The position numbers and the translations under genes were made by a program. This document shows positions 8,701 through 18,453 of a stretch of 64,000 nucleotides of DNA, piece after piece; position 1 is the first letter of the stretch, and each line of letters opens with the position of its first letter. The notes beneath the pieces are model-generated. The model saw nothing but the letters and a program-made list of their open reading frames with translations. It was not told the origin of the DNA and searched no databases. The DNA lies in IMG/VR virus record IMGVR_UViG_3300044646_001937, positions 140,455-204,454 of that record; one strand, given 5' to 3'.

Positions 8701-11700
8701 ATGGCTGACCCAGGCAATTTTGACCCTTATGAGATGTACTCAAATTTTTCCCATATGGGGAGAAATTTTGGCAATCCATTGCTTAATTCTCTAGCCATGA
8801 TGGCGTTTGGGCATAATTATATGCCAGACACAGAGGAGAGTGGTCAGGACATGCATGAGGCTTTATTGCAGAGAGAAAGATCTGCAAATTTCATGCAGCT
8901 GCAGAGATCATCCTTTGCAAACAATGCACTTTTCCAGAAAATGGGTATATCTGGAAATATGGCAACAAGTGTCATGGCTGGTGTTATGTCATCACCAGAT
9001 AGCGCAGCATCTAAAATGATGTCAGGCGTTTTGGGCGGAAATCCCATGGCCGCATCTGCAAAAATATACTCAGGACTCACAGGCGCAAACGTGATGGGGG
9101 CCTTTGGCAGGACAGGGAACATCACAGCTGAAGAAACCGAAAGCGTGATGCAGTCTCTAGCCAAAAACTTCTACACCTCTCAAAACTATGAAGGACCTGA
9201 AGGCGTAAAAGAAGACATTAAAAAGAAAAGCAGACAATATATTACTGATCTAGCTGAACGAAAAGGAGGCTCTGGGCTTATTGAGTTAAAGGAAAAGGCT
9301 GGTATAGATTTAACTGACGGGAAAGGAGGTCTGGCCAAAGATTATAAAGAAAAAATTGCGAAGTTCGATATCACTGAAGGAGATGATGAGCGGGCTGTAA
9401 GACACTCTGCAAGTGATTTAAGAACTAAAAGCAACACACTTTCAGATAAAATAAGCAAGGCAACTAAAGAGGGTGATGAGAAGCTAAAAAAGAAACTTGA
9501 AGAATCTATAGAAAAAGATCTCAAGGATAACTTTAAAATGGCTAAGGATGAAATTGATAAGCAGTACAAAAAGAATGGAAAGCTGGATTTATCAAAACTA
9601 GAAAAAGATGCAAAAGATTCTTTTTCGCAAACATCCCCGCTTGAAGGTATGCGTAAAGAGGCGGAAGCGGCCAAAACAGCTGGATCTAGAATTACTGGAT
9701 TTGATTTTGCGAAATCTAGAGGGTTTAAACTAGAAGACATTACCTCAGGTTTTACAAAAGCCGCAGAACTCAGAATGCTTGGAGATAGTAGAAGCATGAC
9801 TCCGACCCAGGCAATGGACAAGTTTTCCAAAAACGCAGGAGGGGCAATGGATGCAGCTAGAGGTATATTTGGAAACAGGTCAGGCGGAGAATTAATGGAA
9901 AAGATTTCGCAATTTGCAGGATCAAATGTGGATTTAAGCACAAAAGGAGGCAGCGCCGAGATTGAGGGACTATTACGAAAAACAAATGCTACAGCTAGGG
10001 TAGCCGGAGTCAGTATAAAAACAATGTTGGCTATCATTGATTCTGCAAAACAATTGGCCGCAAATAATCCAGCACTGCAACATATGAGCAGCTCAGCAGC
10101 TGTAGAAACGTCACTACAGGCAGTCAAGGGTGCTGCTCAGATGGGTAAGATGATGACTGGTACGGAATTCAGGCAGGCAGGAGGAACACAGGGGCTATCC
10201 TCACAAGCAATCCAAGAGTCGCAAGCTTTTTCACAGTCTGAGTTAGGACAGAGTACATACGCCTTATTAGCGGCATCAAAAGGTACAGATGCTGAAGACT
10301 TCGTTAAGGACCTGGTTAAGAATGGTAAACTCACTGCCCAATATTTAAATAATGGAGGTATTGCTGAGATCGCCAAGAAAATGGGTAAATCGGAAATGGA
10401 AGTTATAAATCTTTCGCAGAACAGGCTGCTGTCAGAGTCGGGCATGAAAGATGACGACAATACTAAAATTGTTTCTGAAGGCGCAGGAAAGACAGGCGTA
10501 GAATCTATGTTTGACTATCTGGCTAAATATGGAAAAGGATACTCCAAAGAAGATTTAGAAAAAAAATATAAAGAAGAGTATTTGGCTAAAGGTAAATCTG
10601 TGAGTGATTTTAAAAGAGAAGTGTTGATGCCTAAGCTTGGAAGAACTAAACAAGGTATGGAGCTGGCGCGTACATACGATTTCAGTATCACCAAACACAT
10701 GCTCGAGTCTGCTATGACTCCTGAGGAAAAAGCAGCAATGGACAAAGAAATCAAGCAGGAGACAGCTAAATCTGCGGAAGTAGCCAAACAGAATGCAGGT
10801 AGAAATGCTCCAATGCTTACGCAAATTATGCAGGGTATAGCTGCTGGAGATAAAAAATTTGATAAGTATGATATAGATGCAGCCAGGGAAGAAATGTCGA
10901 AAATTTTTGCAACAGGAGGCAAAAAGCGAGACGATGTGACTGCCGCAGCAATGCTTAAAGCTGAAGACGCTGGCGAGGTATTAGTGAAGGAGATTTCAAG
11001 CGACCAAAGAATGCCTATGAAGAGATCCGCCCAGCTACTGAGTATAGTGATGGCAGGCAAAAAGCGTGAACTTGAAAGTCAGGGAGACACCGAAGAGGCC
11101 GCAAAGCTGGACACTAATATTACAGAACAAGATATTTCAGAGCTTAGAAAACAAGGATCTGCAGGTAAGTATAATAACAACAACCAAGCCATGAGTGCTC
11201 TTGAGCGCCTTGAAGCTAAACCTGACAACGAATTAACTCAACCTGAGCGTGAAGAAAAAACAAAACTGCAGAGATTGCGTAAAACAGGGATATTGCAAAA
11301 CGCCGAAGCTTATGAACATCTAAAAAAGGGCGACACCTCTGCAGCCATTAGGTCTGTTGGTCAAGCGGCTGTAGAAGATAATCAAAAAGCAAAAGCCAAA
11401 GACGATCTTGTTCCTAAAAATCAATCACCTCAATTACAGGCTTCTATGAAAGAAGCTGCAGAGGCTGGTAAAAAAATAATAGATCAGACCACCAAAAAGG
11501 GAGGCATTCTAAGTTTTGAGGAAGAAAAAATAGCTGAAGATGTTAATAAAGTAACTGAAGCGAACAGAAAGTCACTGATTGAGGCTGGTAGAGTAGATGA
11601 AGCCAGAGGACTTGGTAAAGTAACCAACCAGGAGCTGGAAGACCTAACTAAACGCGGCAAAGATGTTCTGGGCGGCATGACTGCTGTGGAGGCGGAAAAT

Positions 11701-12312
11701 GAGTTAGAAAAACTAGAGCACGACGACGCAAAAGGTAAGTTGGACGAAGCATCTAAAGAAAAATTAAAATTGCTGAGAACAACCAGAAAGATGGGAGGTT
11801 TCTCAAGTCAAAAGGCCTTTGAGGGAATGACTTCAGGCAAACGTGAGCAGGTGGCGATGGGTAGCCTAGAGGCATCAAAAGCTATTCAAAACAAAGTTGC
11901 TTTTGATAGTCAAAAAGCAAACATAGACGAAAAGCTATCAAAAGATTTAGATAAGTACGAACAAAGCAAAGGCATCAGCGCCGAAGGAAAGGCAGCAATA
12001 GCTGAAGCTCGACAGGCCTATACTGTAAATGGCAAGATTGACTTTGACAAGATGCGCAAAGATCAGGCTTCTGGAGAAGGGATTTTTAAAGGAAATCAAA
12101 AGAAATTTGAAGCTCTTGGAGGGTTGCTCCAAGGATCATCAAAACAAATTGAAGAAGCCAAAGCGCAAACCATCGCTAAAAACGAGCAGACTGGAGCTGA
12201 CCCCATGAAACAGGCTCTGGACGCTTTAAAAGAAATGATAGGTTTGCTAAAAAGCGGCGGAGGTATAGGTGACAAATTAAGCGATTTAGCAAAAGCAATA
12301 GCACACATATAA
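8701..12312 (+). CDS. Tape measure protein
   Basis: 1203 aa, alpha-helical, rich in A/K/E/G/M, directly after the chaperone pair. Confidence 0.8.
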   Translation: MADPGNFDPYEMYSNFSHMGRNFGNPLLNSLAMMAFGHNYMPDTEESGQDMHEALLQRERSANFMQLQRSSFANNALFQKMGISGNMATSVMAGVMSSPDSAASKMMSGVLGGNPMAASAKIYSGLTGANVMGAFGRTGNITAEETESVMQSLAKNFYTSQNYEGPEGVKEDIKKKSRQYITDLAERKGGSGLIELKEKAGIDLTDGKGGLAKDYKEKIAKFDITEGDDERAVRHSASDLRTKSNTLSDKISKATKEGDEKLKKKLEESIEKDLKDNFKMAKDEIDKQYKKNGKLDLSKLEKDAKDSFSQTSPLEGMRKEAEAAKTAGSRITGFDFAKSRGFKLEDITSGFTKAAELRMLGDSRSMTPTQAMDKFSKNAGGAMDAARGIFGNRSGGELMEKISQFAGSNVDLSTKGGSAEIEGLLRKTNATARVAGVSIKTMLAIIDSAKQLAANNPALQHMSSSAAVETSLQAVKGAAQMGKMMTGTEFRQAGGTQGLSSQAIQESQAFSQSELGQSTYALLAASKGTDAEDFVKDLVKNGKLTAQYLNNGGIAEIAKKMGKSEMEVINLSQNRLLSESGMKDDDNTKIVSEGAGKTGVESMFDYLAKYGKGYSKEDLEKKYKEEYLAKGKSVSDFKREVLMPKLGRTKQGMELARTYDFSITKHMLESAMTPEEKAAMDKEIKQETAKSAEVAKQNAGRNAPMLTQIMQGIAAGDKKFDKYDIDAAREEMSKIFATGGKKRDDVTAAAMLKAEDAGEVLVKEISSDQRMPMKRSAQLLSIVMAGKKRELESQGDTEEAAKLDTNITEQDISELRKQGSAGKYNNNNQAMSALERLEAKPDNELTQPEREEKTKLQRLRKTGILQNAEAYEHLKKGDTSAAIRSVGQAAVEDNQKAKAKDDLVPKNQSPQLQASMKEAAEAGKKIIDQTTKKGGILSFEEEKIAEDVNKVTEANRKSLIEAGRVDEARGLGKVTNQELEDLTKRGKDVLGGMTAVEAENELEKLEHDDAKGKLDEASKEKLKLLRTTRKMGGFSSQKAFEGMTSGKREQVAMGSLEASKAIQNKVAFDSQKANIDEKLSKDLDKYEQSKGISAEGKAAIAEARQAYTVNGKIDFDKMRKDQASGEGIFKGNQKKFEALGGLLQGSSKQIEEAKAQTIAKNEQTGADPMKQALDALKEMIGLLKSGGGIGDKLSDLAKAIAHI

Positions 12313-12319
12313 TAAGCAT

Positions 12320-12757
12320 ATGCCAGCATCACTAGTAACTTTAGGAGGAGGAGATCTATTTAAAAGCGGAGGAGGAGCCGACTCGCTTGTAAACATACCA
12401 ATGGTTAATAGCGTCATAGGACCTGGCGGACTAGCTGTGTATGACAGCGTTAGCGCGCAAGTGGCAGAAACTCTTCAGTTTTTTATTACGTTTGACGACG
12501 TAATTAAGTTCATCCATTTTGGAAAAGGTCTTGGTAATGTCACAGCTCAAGGTACTTTATTTTGTGATTGCAGCGGAGATCTACCAGGAGCCGGCCAAAT
12601 AGCCGGAGCCATCAAAGGGCTTAGAGGCTCAAAGCAACAGTTATCAGTAGGAAAACTGCAATGTACTGGAGTAATGACAAGCGCATCAATTACTGTAACA
12701 GGTGGAGATGACACCATGGGAATATTTAACTTTCAATTTGCTATAGTGAACTATTAA
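12320..12757 (+). CDS. Tube-fold baseplate protein (tube initiator-like)
   Basis: 145 aa, beta-rich, directly after the tape measure; size and pattern resemble the tube protein. Inference. Confidence 0.45.
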   Translation: MPASLVTLGGGDLFKSGGGADSLVNIPMVNSVIGPGGLAVYDSVSAQVAETLQFFITFDDVIKFIHFGKGLGNVTAQGTLFCDCSGDLPGAGQIAGAIKGLRGSKQQLSVGKLQCTGVMTSASITVTGGDDTMGIFNFQFAIVNY

Positions 12758-12759
12758 TT

Positions 12760-13722
12760 ATGTTTAATCATTTCGCAACACTGCTTAGCAACATTGATTT
12801 ACTGCAACTAGAACCTACAGCAAATAGGTTTTTACTAGCCGCAGGAAAAGACAAGCTACTAGATGTAACTAATAACAGTGTTCTTAAACTGACAGATACT
12901 TATACAACTTTAAAAATAGATAGAATATATTCAGATCTATTAAACAGAAATTATCACAGGATCGAACTGCCTACACAGCTAGAGGGGGTTTATAATCTTC
13001 TTTTTCCTGAAGGCAGTTCTGCATATCATAAGCAGTTTCTATTGTACTGCTATTTACGTGTAATTTCAGGAACAGATAAAGCGGAGCATGTTAAAAACTA
13101 TGACAATAGGATAACTTATAGTCTAAACGAAGTGTCGGAGTATTTTAAATTTAATAAACTCACAAGAACACTTTATAGTGATAGAGGTTTTGAGTTGCTT
13201 GTCTCAGGCAGCCTAAAGCCGCAGAATACTTTAACAAATTCATCCTCAGTGTTTATCATAAGCCAAGAGAAAGATACCTCTAACGTTTATGTCTATAACG
13301 CCACACAAAGAGAATATTACAAAGCAGGAAAAGCCTCCACAAACAATCCGCAGGGCATGTCAACCGCTTTAGAGTTCAGCTCACTAGGTCAAACTACATC
13401 TAAACCTATAGGTCTAGGAGATACAGGACTAACCATAACTCTCACAGGAGATTTTAATAACCTTACTACAGGATTCACAAAGTCCAGTAATAAGCGCTGG
13501 TCATTCATCGCAGAAGCTCCTTTTGTATTCAGTCTTTCTGAAAAAATGAATGACTTGAACTTAAAATATCGTTATATTGAGAGTATGTTTGAATACAATA
13601 GAAATGCCTGTAATTTAACGTATGAGAATATGTGGAACCAGCACTTCAATGATGCATATAAACTTACAGGATTACTTTTAGCCTATGTTGAAAGGGTGCA
13701 TTTGTTATGGCAGGAGATGTAA
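12760..13722 (+). CDS. Hypothetical baseplate-region protein
   Basis: 320-aa ORF tightly coupled within the tail operon. Confidence 0.7.
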   Translation: MFNHFATLLSNIDLLQLEPTANRFLLAAGKDKLLDVTNNSVLKLTDTYTTLKIDRIYSDLLNRNYHRIELPTQLEGVYNLLFPEGSSAYHKQFLLYCYLRVISGTDKAEHVKNYDNRITYSLNEVSEYFKFNKLTRTLYSDRGFELLVSGSLKPQNTLTNSSSVFIISQEKDTSNVYVYNATQREYYKAGKASTNNPQGMSTALEFSSLGQTTSKPIGLGDTGLTITLTGDFNNLTTGFTKSSNKRWSFIAEAPFVFSLSEKMNDLNLKYRYIESMFEYNRNACNLTYENMWNQHFNDAYKLTGLLLAYVERVHLLWQEM

Positions 13723-15290
13723 AAATAAGTACAAGTATAGGTACAGCGATAGGAGCAACAATTGTGTATCCTATGGGAGGAATACCCTACGCCGCTGTCG
13801 ACATTATACCGTCAGGAGGGATTAAAATATCTCAAGGAGGACTACCTGATATAGATTCTCAAAAACGCCAGGAGGCATCTGTGTCAGTGTCAGTGAAGTC
13901 AAATGGAGGCAGGGGAGGTAGTTTAAATTTTAAAGGAGTGATCGACGGCATGAGTGTAAACAATATGGTCGGGCAGAGCTCGTACCAAGCAATTATTAAA
14001 AACGCCGGCGTATGTCTACTTGAAGCCACAACACTAATGCCTGGTCTCATTCCCTCAGGTATTAATGTTTACAAAATGCCCAACTTTGGGGCCACTCATA
14101 ACTCACAAGGAGGAGACGACGACAATTTGGAACATTTTGTAGATATGCAGGATGTAGATCTGAAAAAATCTCCAATAGAGGTTTACACAGAAATTCTTAA
14201 AAAAATATTACAAATGCAAGTCGATGGCTCGTGGGAGAAAAAAGTAGGGCTTGAAGAGATGGTTTCAGGAGGACAGCCTTTTGAAAAAATATTCAATGGT
14301 TCAGCCTACAAAAAAACAGCAACGAACGCATTAAAGTATATATCTACCGTAGATTTAAGCGCAGTTACCTCAGGCGCAGCATCCAAGGTAGGCATGAGCG
14401 ATGACGCACTGGTGACTAGTTTGATGAGAATTTTTAAACTAGGCCCCCAGGTAGTGCTTGAGAATTATCTAAACTTCTTAAGATTGTTAGGGTGTACAGT
14501 AATATTCAGTAACAGTAAAATGTATGTTGTACCGGAAAACTCTACACTTAAACAAGGAGGAAAAGGAATAAACAGCGCTACTCCTAATGACTATAATGCT
14601 TATTCATATAACGATAATGGTTATAGAGATATAGGTAGCTGTATAGTACTGACAGATGGAAGTATGGGAGGATTCAACTTAGCTAGCAAGGGGTTTGATT
14701 CAGGCACAATAGGCTGCTTTGAAGACGCGAAAGTATCTAAAGCCGGAGGAACCCTCATAGTTTCAGCAAACCCATTCATGGCCGCATCAGCAAACGCGCC
14801 GGCAGCATCAGACAGTAAAAAAATAGCTCAAAAGATGGACAATCCAGGAGATCCGTTACTAAAATCTCCAGCTACCGCAGCCGAGCAGGGTAAGGCTCAA
14901 TCAGGCGCAGCCGCACTAGCCAGCGGAATGAAAAATAGATTTAAGAAAGTCGGATCAGTGCTAGACAATTATGCACAGTCTGTACTATATCAGGCCAGAT
15001 ATGGAGACAGAACAGGCTCTGTGACTATGGAGTTTAATCCGAATTGGGTACCAGGAACAGGCGGCTCTATATTTATTAAGCAAACAAATACGTATATACA
15101 TTTTAATGTAACCACTGTAACGCACATGATTAGTACTGCAGCGCCAACCACCGGAACAGCCATAACAACAGTGAGCTTCAACTGTGGAAGAGTAGGTCAA
15201 AGTCCTGCAGGACTGGATAGCTATAAATATTTTGGATACGACAGCGGTAAGGAAAAAGGTATTCAAGGGTCATATATAGGAGATTCTTAA
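13707..15290 (+). CDS. Probable baseplate hub protein (gp27/gpD-like)
   Basis: 527 aa. The C-terminal YQARYGDRTGSVTMEFNPNWVPG...FNVTTVTHMI...TTVSF pattern is typical of hub proteins; synteny. Confidence 0.55.
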   Translation: MAGDVKISTSIGTAIGATIVYPMGGIPYAAVDIIPSGGIKISQGGLPDIDSQKRQEASVSVSVKSNGGRGGSLNFKGVIDGMSVNNMVGQSSYQAIIKNAGVCLLEATTLMPGLIPSGINVYKMPNFGATHNSQGGDDDNLEHFVDMQDVDLKKSPIEVYTEILKKILQMQVDGSWEKKVGLEEMVSGGQPFEKIFNGSAYKKTATNALKYISTVDLSAVTSGAASKVGMSDDALVTSLMRIFKLGPQVVLENYLNFLRLLGCTVIFSNSKMYVVPENSTLKQGGKGINSATPNDYNAYSYNDNGYRDIGSCIVLTDGSMGGFNLASKGFDSGTIGCFEDAKVSKAGGTLIVSANPFMAASANAPAASDSKKIAQKMDNPGDPLLKSPATAAEQGKAQSGAAALASGMKNRFKKVGSVLDNYAQSVLYQARYGDRTGSVTMEFNPNWVPGTGGSIFIKQTNTYIHFNVTTVTHMISTAAPTTGTAITTVSFNCGRVGQSPAGLDSYKYFGYDSGKEKGIQGSYIGDS

Positions 15291-15292
15291 TT

Positions 15293-15925
15293 ATGAATGA
15301 CGTAGAACAGATGATTAAGGACAACAAGAAGTTGATTGAACTGGAAGTGAGTAGATATGCTACTAACCTACCGAAGATAACTGTACAGCTAGAAGCCTAT
15401 AAGCTAGCCAGAGAGGCAGCCAAAACATATAGCCCCGCCTCTGGATTTAAATTTAGCACGCATCTAGTGAACAGTCTTAAAAAACTATCAAGACTTTCCA
15501 CGCAATATGGTAACGTAGTGAGAATTCCTGAGAATACTCAGTTTGGTATAAATAAACTGCAGAAACTTGAAAAGGATCTGGAGCACACTCTAGGTAGAGC
15601 ACCAACCACAGATGAGCTAAGCCATCACTCAGGAATGTCCATGAACGCTATAGTTAATACGCTAGGCAGCAAAAAGATAAGCTCAGGTATATCCTCTCTT
15701 TTTGAAAGCCCTACACTGTTTGACAGTAACAATGACGAATGGGTGCATTTCGTATATCACGATCTGAGCGACAAAGATAAATTAATTTTTGAACATAAGA
15801 CAGGATTTGGTGGAAAGCCTGTGATGGACAATTCGTCACTGGCCAAGAAATTAAATTTGTCTACCAGTACTTTAAGTAATAGAATTAAGATGATAAATAA
15901 TACATTAGCGAAAGGATGGAAATAA
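15293..15925 (+). CDS. Sigma-70 family RNA polymerase sigma factor
   Basis: Region 2 (AAKTYSPASGFKFSTHL...VVRIP), region 3 (LGRAPTTDELS) and region 4 HTH (LSDKDKLIF...SLAKKLNLSTSTLSNR) are all present in 210 aa. Confidence 0.82.
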   Translation: MNDVEQMIKDNKKLIELEVSRYATNLPKITVQLEAYKLAREAAKTYSPASGFKFSTHLVNSLKKLSRLSTQYGNVVRIPENTQFGINKLQKLEKDLEHTLGRAPTTDELSHHSGMSMNAIVNTLGSKKISSGISSLFESPTLFDSNNDEWVHFVYHDLSDKDKLIFEHKTGFGGKPVMDNSSLAKKLNLSTSTLSNRIKMINNTLAKGWK

Positions 15926-16342
15926 ATGGCAGTTTTCTCAAAACTTAAAAGACTTGTAGAGAAGTTCGATACTTGGATGCAAAAAATCCCCACAGCCCGT
16001 TTGGGTAATGATGTGGAGGGCAGAGCTTGGTTTGCTAAGAGTATAGAATATACAAACCCTTTTAAGCTTCAAAACCTGCGAAATATTACAGACAGGGAAG
16101 ATCTAAATAGTGATTATTCTGCTAAATATGACGTAAAAGACCCTAAAGGCAGAAAAGGCATAAGTGGTATTAAAGTTGAAATCTCTGCGCTGTACAGTTT
16201 TCAAAAATGTTTTGTGCAGAGGTATAAAGGTAGAATGCACTACTACAGGGATGACCTCTCACAAAAGGGAGCTAGAAATATGGGTACAGTAAACCAGTCT
16301 CTAGGTATACTTGAAGAGTTTAAAAATAACCTTAAAAATTAA
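15926..16342 (+). CDS. Hypothetical protein
   Basis: 138 aa; ATG immediately follows the sigma stop. Confidence 0.65.
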   Translation: MAVFSKLKRLVEKFDTWMQKIPTARLGNDVEGRAWFAKSIEYTNPFKLQNLRNITDREDLNSDYSAKYDVKDPKGRKGISGIKVEISALYSFQKCFVQRYKGRMHYYRDDLSQKGARNMGTVNQSLGILEEFKNNLKN

Positions 16343-16344
16343 CC

Positions 16345-16824
16345 ATGCCGATCAGCTCTATCACCTCAAATTACATAGACAGAAAAAAAGACATTAGTAT
16401 ATTTCAATATCCTAATGCTCTAGCTATTGGAGAGCAGACAGTGGCACCTAAGTTTGGTAAAATTTCCAGATACTGTACTGGAGTACAAAAGCTGATCCAA
16501 AATTATGCTGTGATGCTTCTCACCAATATAGGTTCTCAACCAAATTACCCCACCTTTGGCACAAATTTAATGGGCAAACTTAATGCAGGAATTTCACCTG
16601 TAGACAAACTTGCAGCATCTCAGCTTTTTGAATTAGCTAGTTATGAGACAGTATCAGCGTTAAAAAGCTACCAGCATTATCGCACAGACATTCCAGACGA
16701 TGAGCTCATTGTTGACGCCACATTGACTGATATAGCTCTCCAGGGAGGCTTTGCAGCTTTCGAAGTAACAATAACAACCCAAGCCGGTGATGCGGTTGAG
16801 TTCGTAGTCCCATTACCTAAATAA
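16345..16824 (+). CDS. Baseplate wedge protein, gp25/gpW-like
   Basis: GVQKLIQ...LLTNIGSQPNYPTFGTNL motif; 159 aa directly before the baseplate J-like gene. Confidence 0.72.
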   Translation: MPISSITSNYIDRKKDISIFQYPNALAIGEQTVAPKFGKISRYCTGVQKLIQNYAVMLLTNIGSQPNYPTFGTNLMGKLNAGISPVDKLAASQLFELASYETVSALKSYQHYRTDIPDDELIVDATLTDIALQGGFAAFEVTITTQAGDAVEFVVPLPK

Positions 16825-16829
16825 ATATT

Positions 16830-18452
16830 ATGGCCGAAAACATAGAAGCAACAGTAGAGCGCCTCACAGCCTTCATAGAGCAGAACTACGCCGACGTAGA
16901 AGCAGGACCAGGGTCAGTCATCAGCGAGCTACTAATAAAGTTGGCTGCTACATTACACAATGAGCAGTACAATCTTATTACACAACTAGAACAGGGAAAT
17001 ACATTTTTAAAAGTAGCCGAATCGACTGAAGACACATATTCCCCGATAATTGACCAGCTGGCGTCAAACTATAACACAGCCAGAAACGCAGGTATTAAGG
17101 TCAAAGGCAGAATCAAGGTAACTATTGACGATGATAATGAATACAATTTTACAGCACGTCAGATCCAGTTTATTCAACCCAGCTTAAACCTTAGATATTT
17201 CCTGACAACAGATGCTCGTGTAAGATTATCTCCATCTCCAACACTAGCTGAAACGCAGTTGTATCGCGATAACGGTCTTTACTATTTTATATTAGATGTA
17301 GAGGCAGAGTATGCAGGCGAGCAGTATCAGGCGTCTTCAGGAACTTTGTTTACTGTCGGAGAAAACAATTTTATCGATGGTTTTGTAAAAGCAGAAGCTT
17401 ATGGTAATTTCTCATCAGGTTTGTCACCAGAAACAGATAAAGAGTTGGTAGCTAAAATAAAATATAATTTAGGTAACACCAGGTTTGATTCGCCTGCAGG
17501 TATAGCAAACAGGTTCAGCAGGGAATTTCCAGGCTTTCAATATCTCTCTGTATGTGGCGCAAACGATATAGAGATGACTAGGTCTAAACAAAACGCGCTA
17601 GGCATATCAACATTCGGTAAGGCTGACGTGTATGTAAGGTCAAGCATTGGGCCGCAAGTAATGCACCTTAAGAAGCAGGCCACAAAAACTGCAGAAAACA
17701 CATGGACTATTGATATGTTGAATCATGAAGTTCCAGGCTTTTACAATATTGTTAGTATTATTCCTGATGTGGTAGACATGTCACTGGGTGGAACATTGCT
17801 ACAGAAAACGCCTATAGCCTACAGTTACGCATACTATCCTGAAAAAAGAAATAACGAGTTGTATAGTGTCATAGATGCAAGGTTTACAAAATATCAAACA
17901 GCAACCGTCACACTTGATTATGCCGACCCTGGTAATGCAGAAATAGGAAGCAATGCTTATTTCTTACTGCAGGTTAACTATCAACCTAATATTGCGGAAA
18001 TGCAAGACCTGCTATTGTCTGACACTGAAAGATTAGCTTGCGCAGACTATCTTGTAAAAGCAGTGATTCCATGTATGGTTTCACTGAATATTCAGCTACT
18101 TAAGAAAAGACCAACAGACACGTTTGAGTCACTGAATATTCAGCAGCTTAAAAAAGATATTTTCTTATATATTAACACAATTCCATTTGGAGAAGAATTG
18201 CATGCATCTAGAATAGTAGATATATGTCATAATTACGACATCAGACGAGTAGATCTACCGATAAGCATGAAGGGTGTCATCCTATGTCCAGACGGAACCA
18301 GCCTACCTATTTCAGGCAATGACGCGCTAACCATCCCAAATAATCTGGCTAAGGGGGTAACTCCAAAAACAACAGCTTATTTCATAGACTATTACAGAAC
18401 AGAAAACGGGCAGATCAACCCTATTGATAACATAGGCTTAAATATTGTTTAA
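16830..18452 (+). CDS. Baseplate J-like wedge protein (gp6-like)
   Basis: N-terminal GPGSVISELLIK, ARNAGIKVKGRIKV and SGLSPETDKELVAKI...GKADVYV motifs match baseplate J family patterns. Confidence 0.8.
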   Translation: MAENIEATVERLTAFIEQNYADVEAGPGSVISELLIKLAATLHNEQYNLITQLEQGNTFLKVAESTEDTYSPIIDQLASNYNTARNAGIKVKGRIKVTIDDDNEYNFTARQIQFIQPSLNLRYFLTTDARVRLSPSPTLAETQLYRDNGLYYFILDVEAEYAGEQYQASSGTLFTVGENNFIDGFVKAEAYGNFSSGLSPETDKELVAKIKYNLGNTRFDSPAGIANRFSREFPGFQYLSVCGANDIEMTRSKQNALGISTFGKADVYVRSSIGPQVMHLKKQATKTAENTWTIDMLNHEVPGFYNIVSIIPDVVDMSLGGTLLQKTPIAYSYAYYPEKRNNELYSVIDARFTKYQTATVTLDYADPGNAEIGSNAYFLLQVNYQPNIAEMQDLLLSDTERLACADYLVKAVIPCMVSLNIQLLKKRPTDTFESLNIQQLKKDIFLYINTIPFGEELHASRIVDICHNYDIRRVDLPISMKGVILCPDGTSLPISGNDALTIPNNLAKGVTPKTTAYFIDYYRTENGQINPIDNIGLNIV

Positions 18453-18453
18453 A

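Noticed and set aside
9342-11060. Long antisense ORFs (261, 107, 181 aa) opposite the tape measure; similar ones at 7028-7573, 26962-27699 and 58505-58996
   Set aside because: They lie fully inside strong + strand genes and are S/L/F/I-rich, as expected for shadow frames of K/E/A-rich coding sequence.
1490-18452. Bacterial T6SS or extracellular contractile injection system (sheath, tube, VgrG, gp25, baseplate J)
   Set aside because: The large terminase, neck-type genes, G/GT chaperones, long tape measure and recombination nuclease indicate a DNA-packaging phage. No T6SS membrane complex or ClpV is seen.
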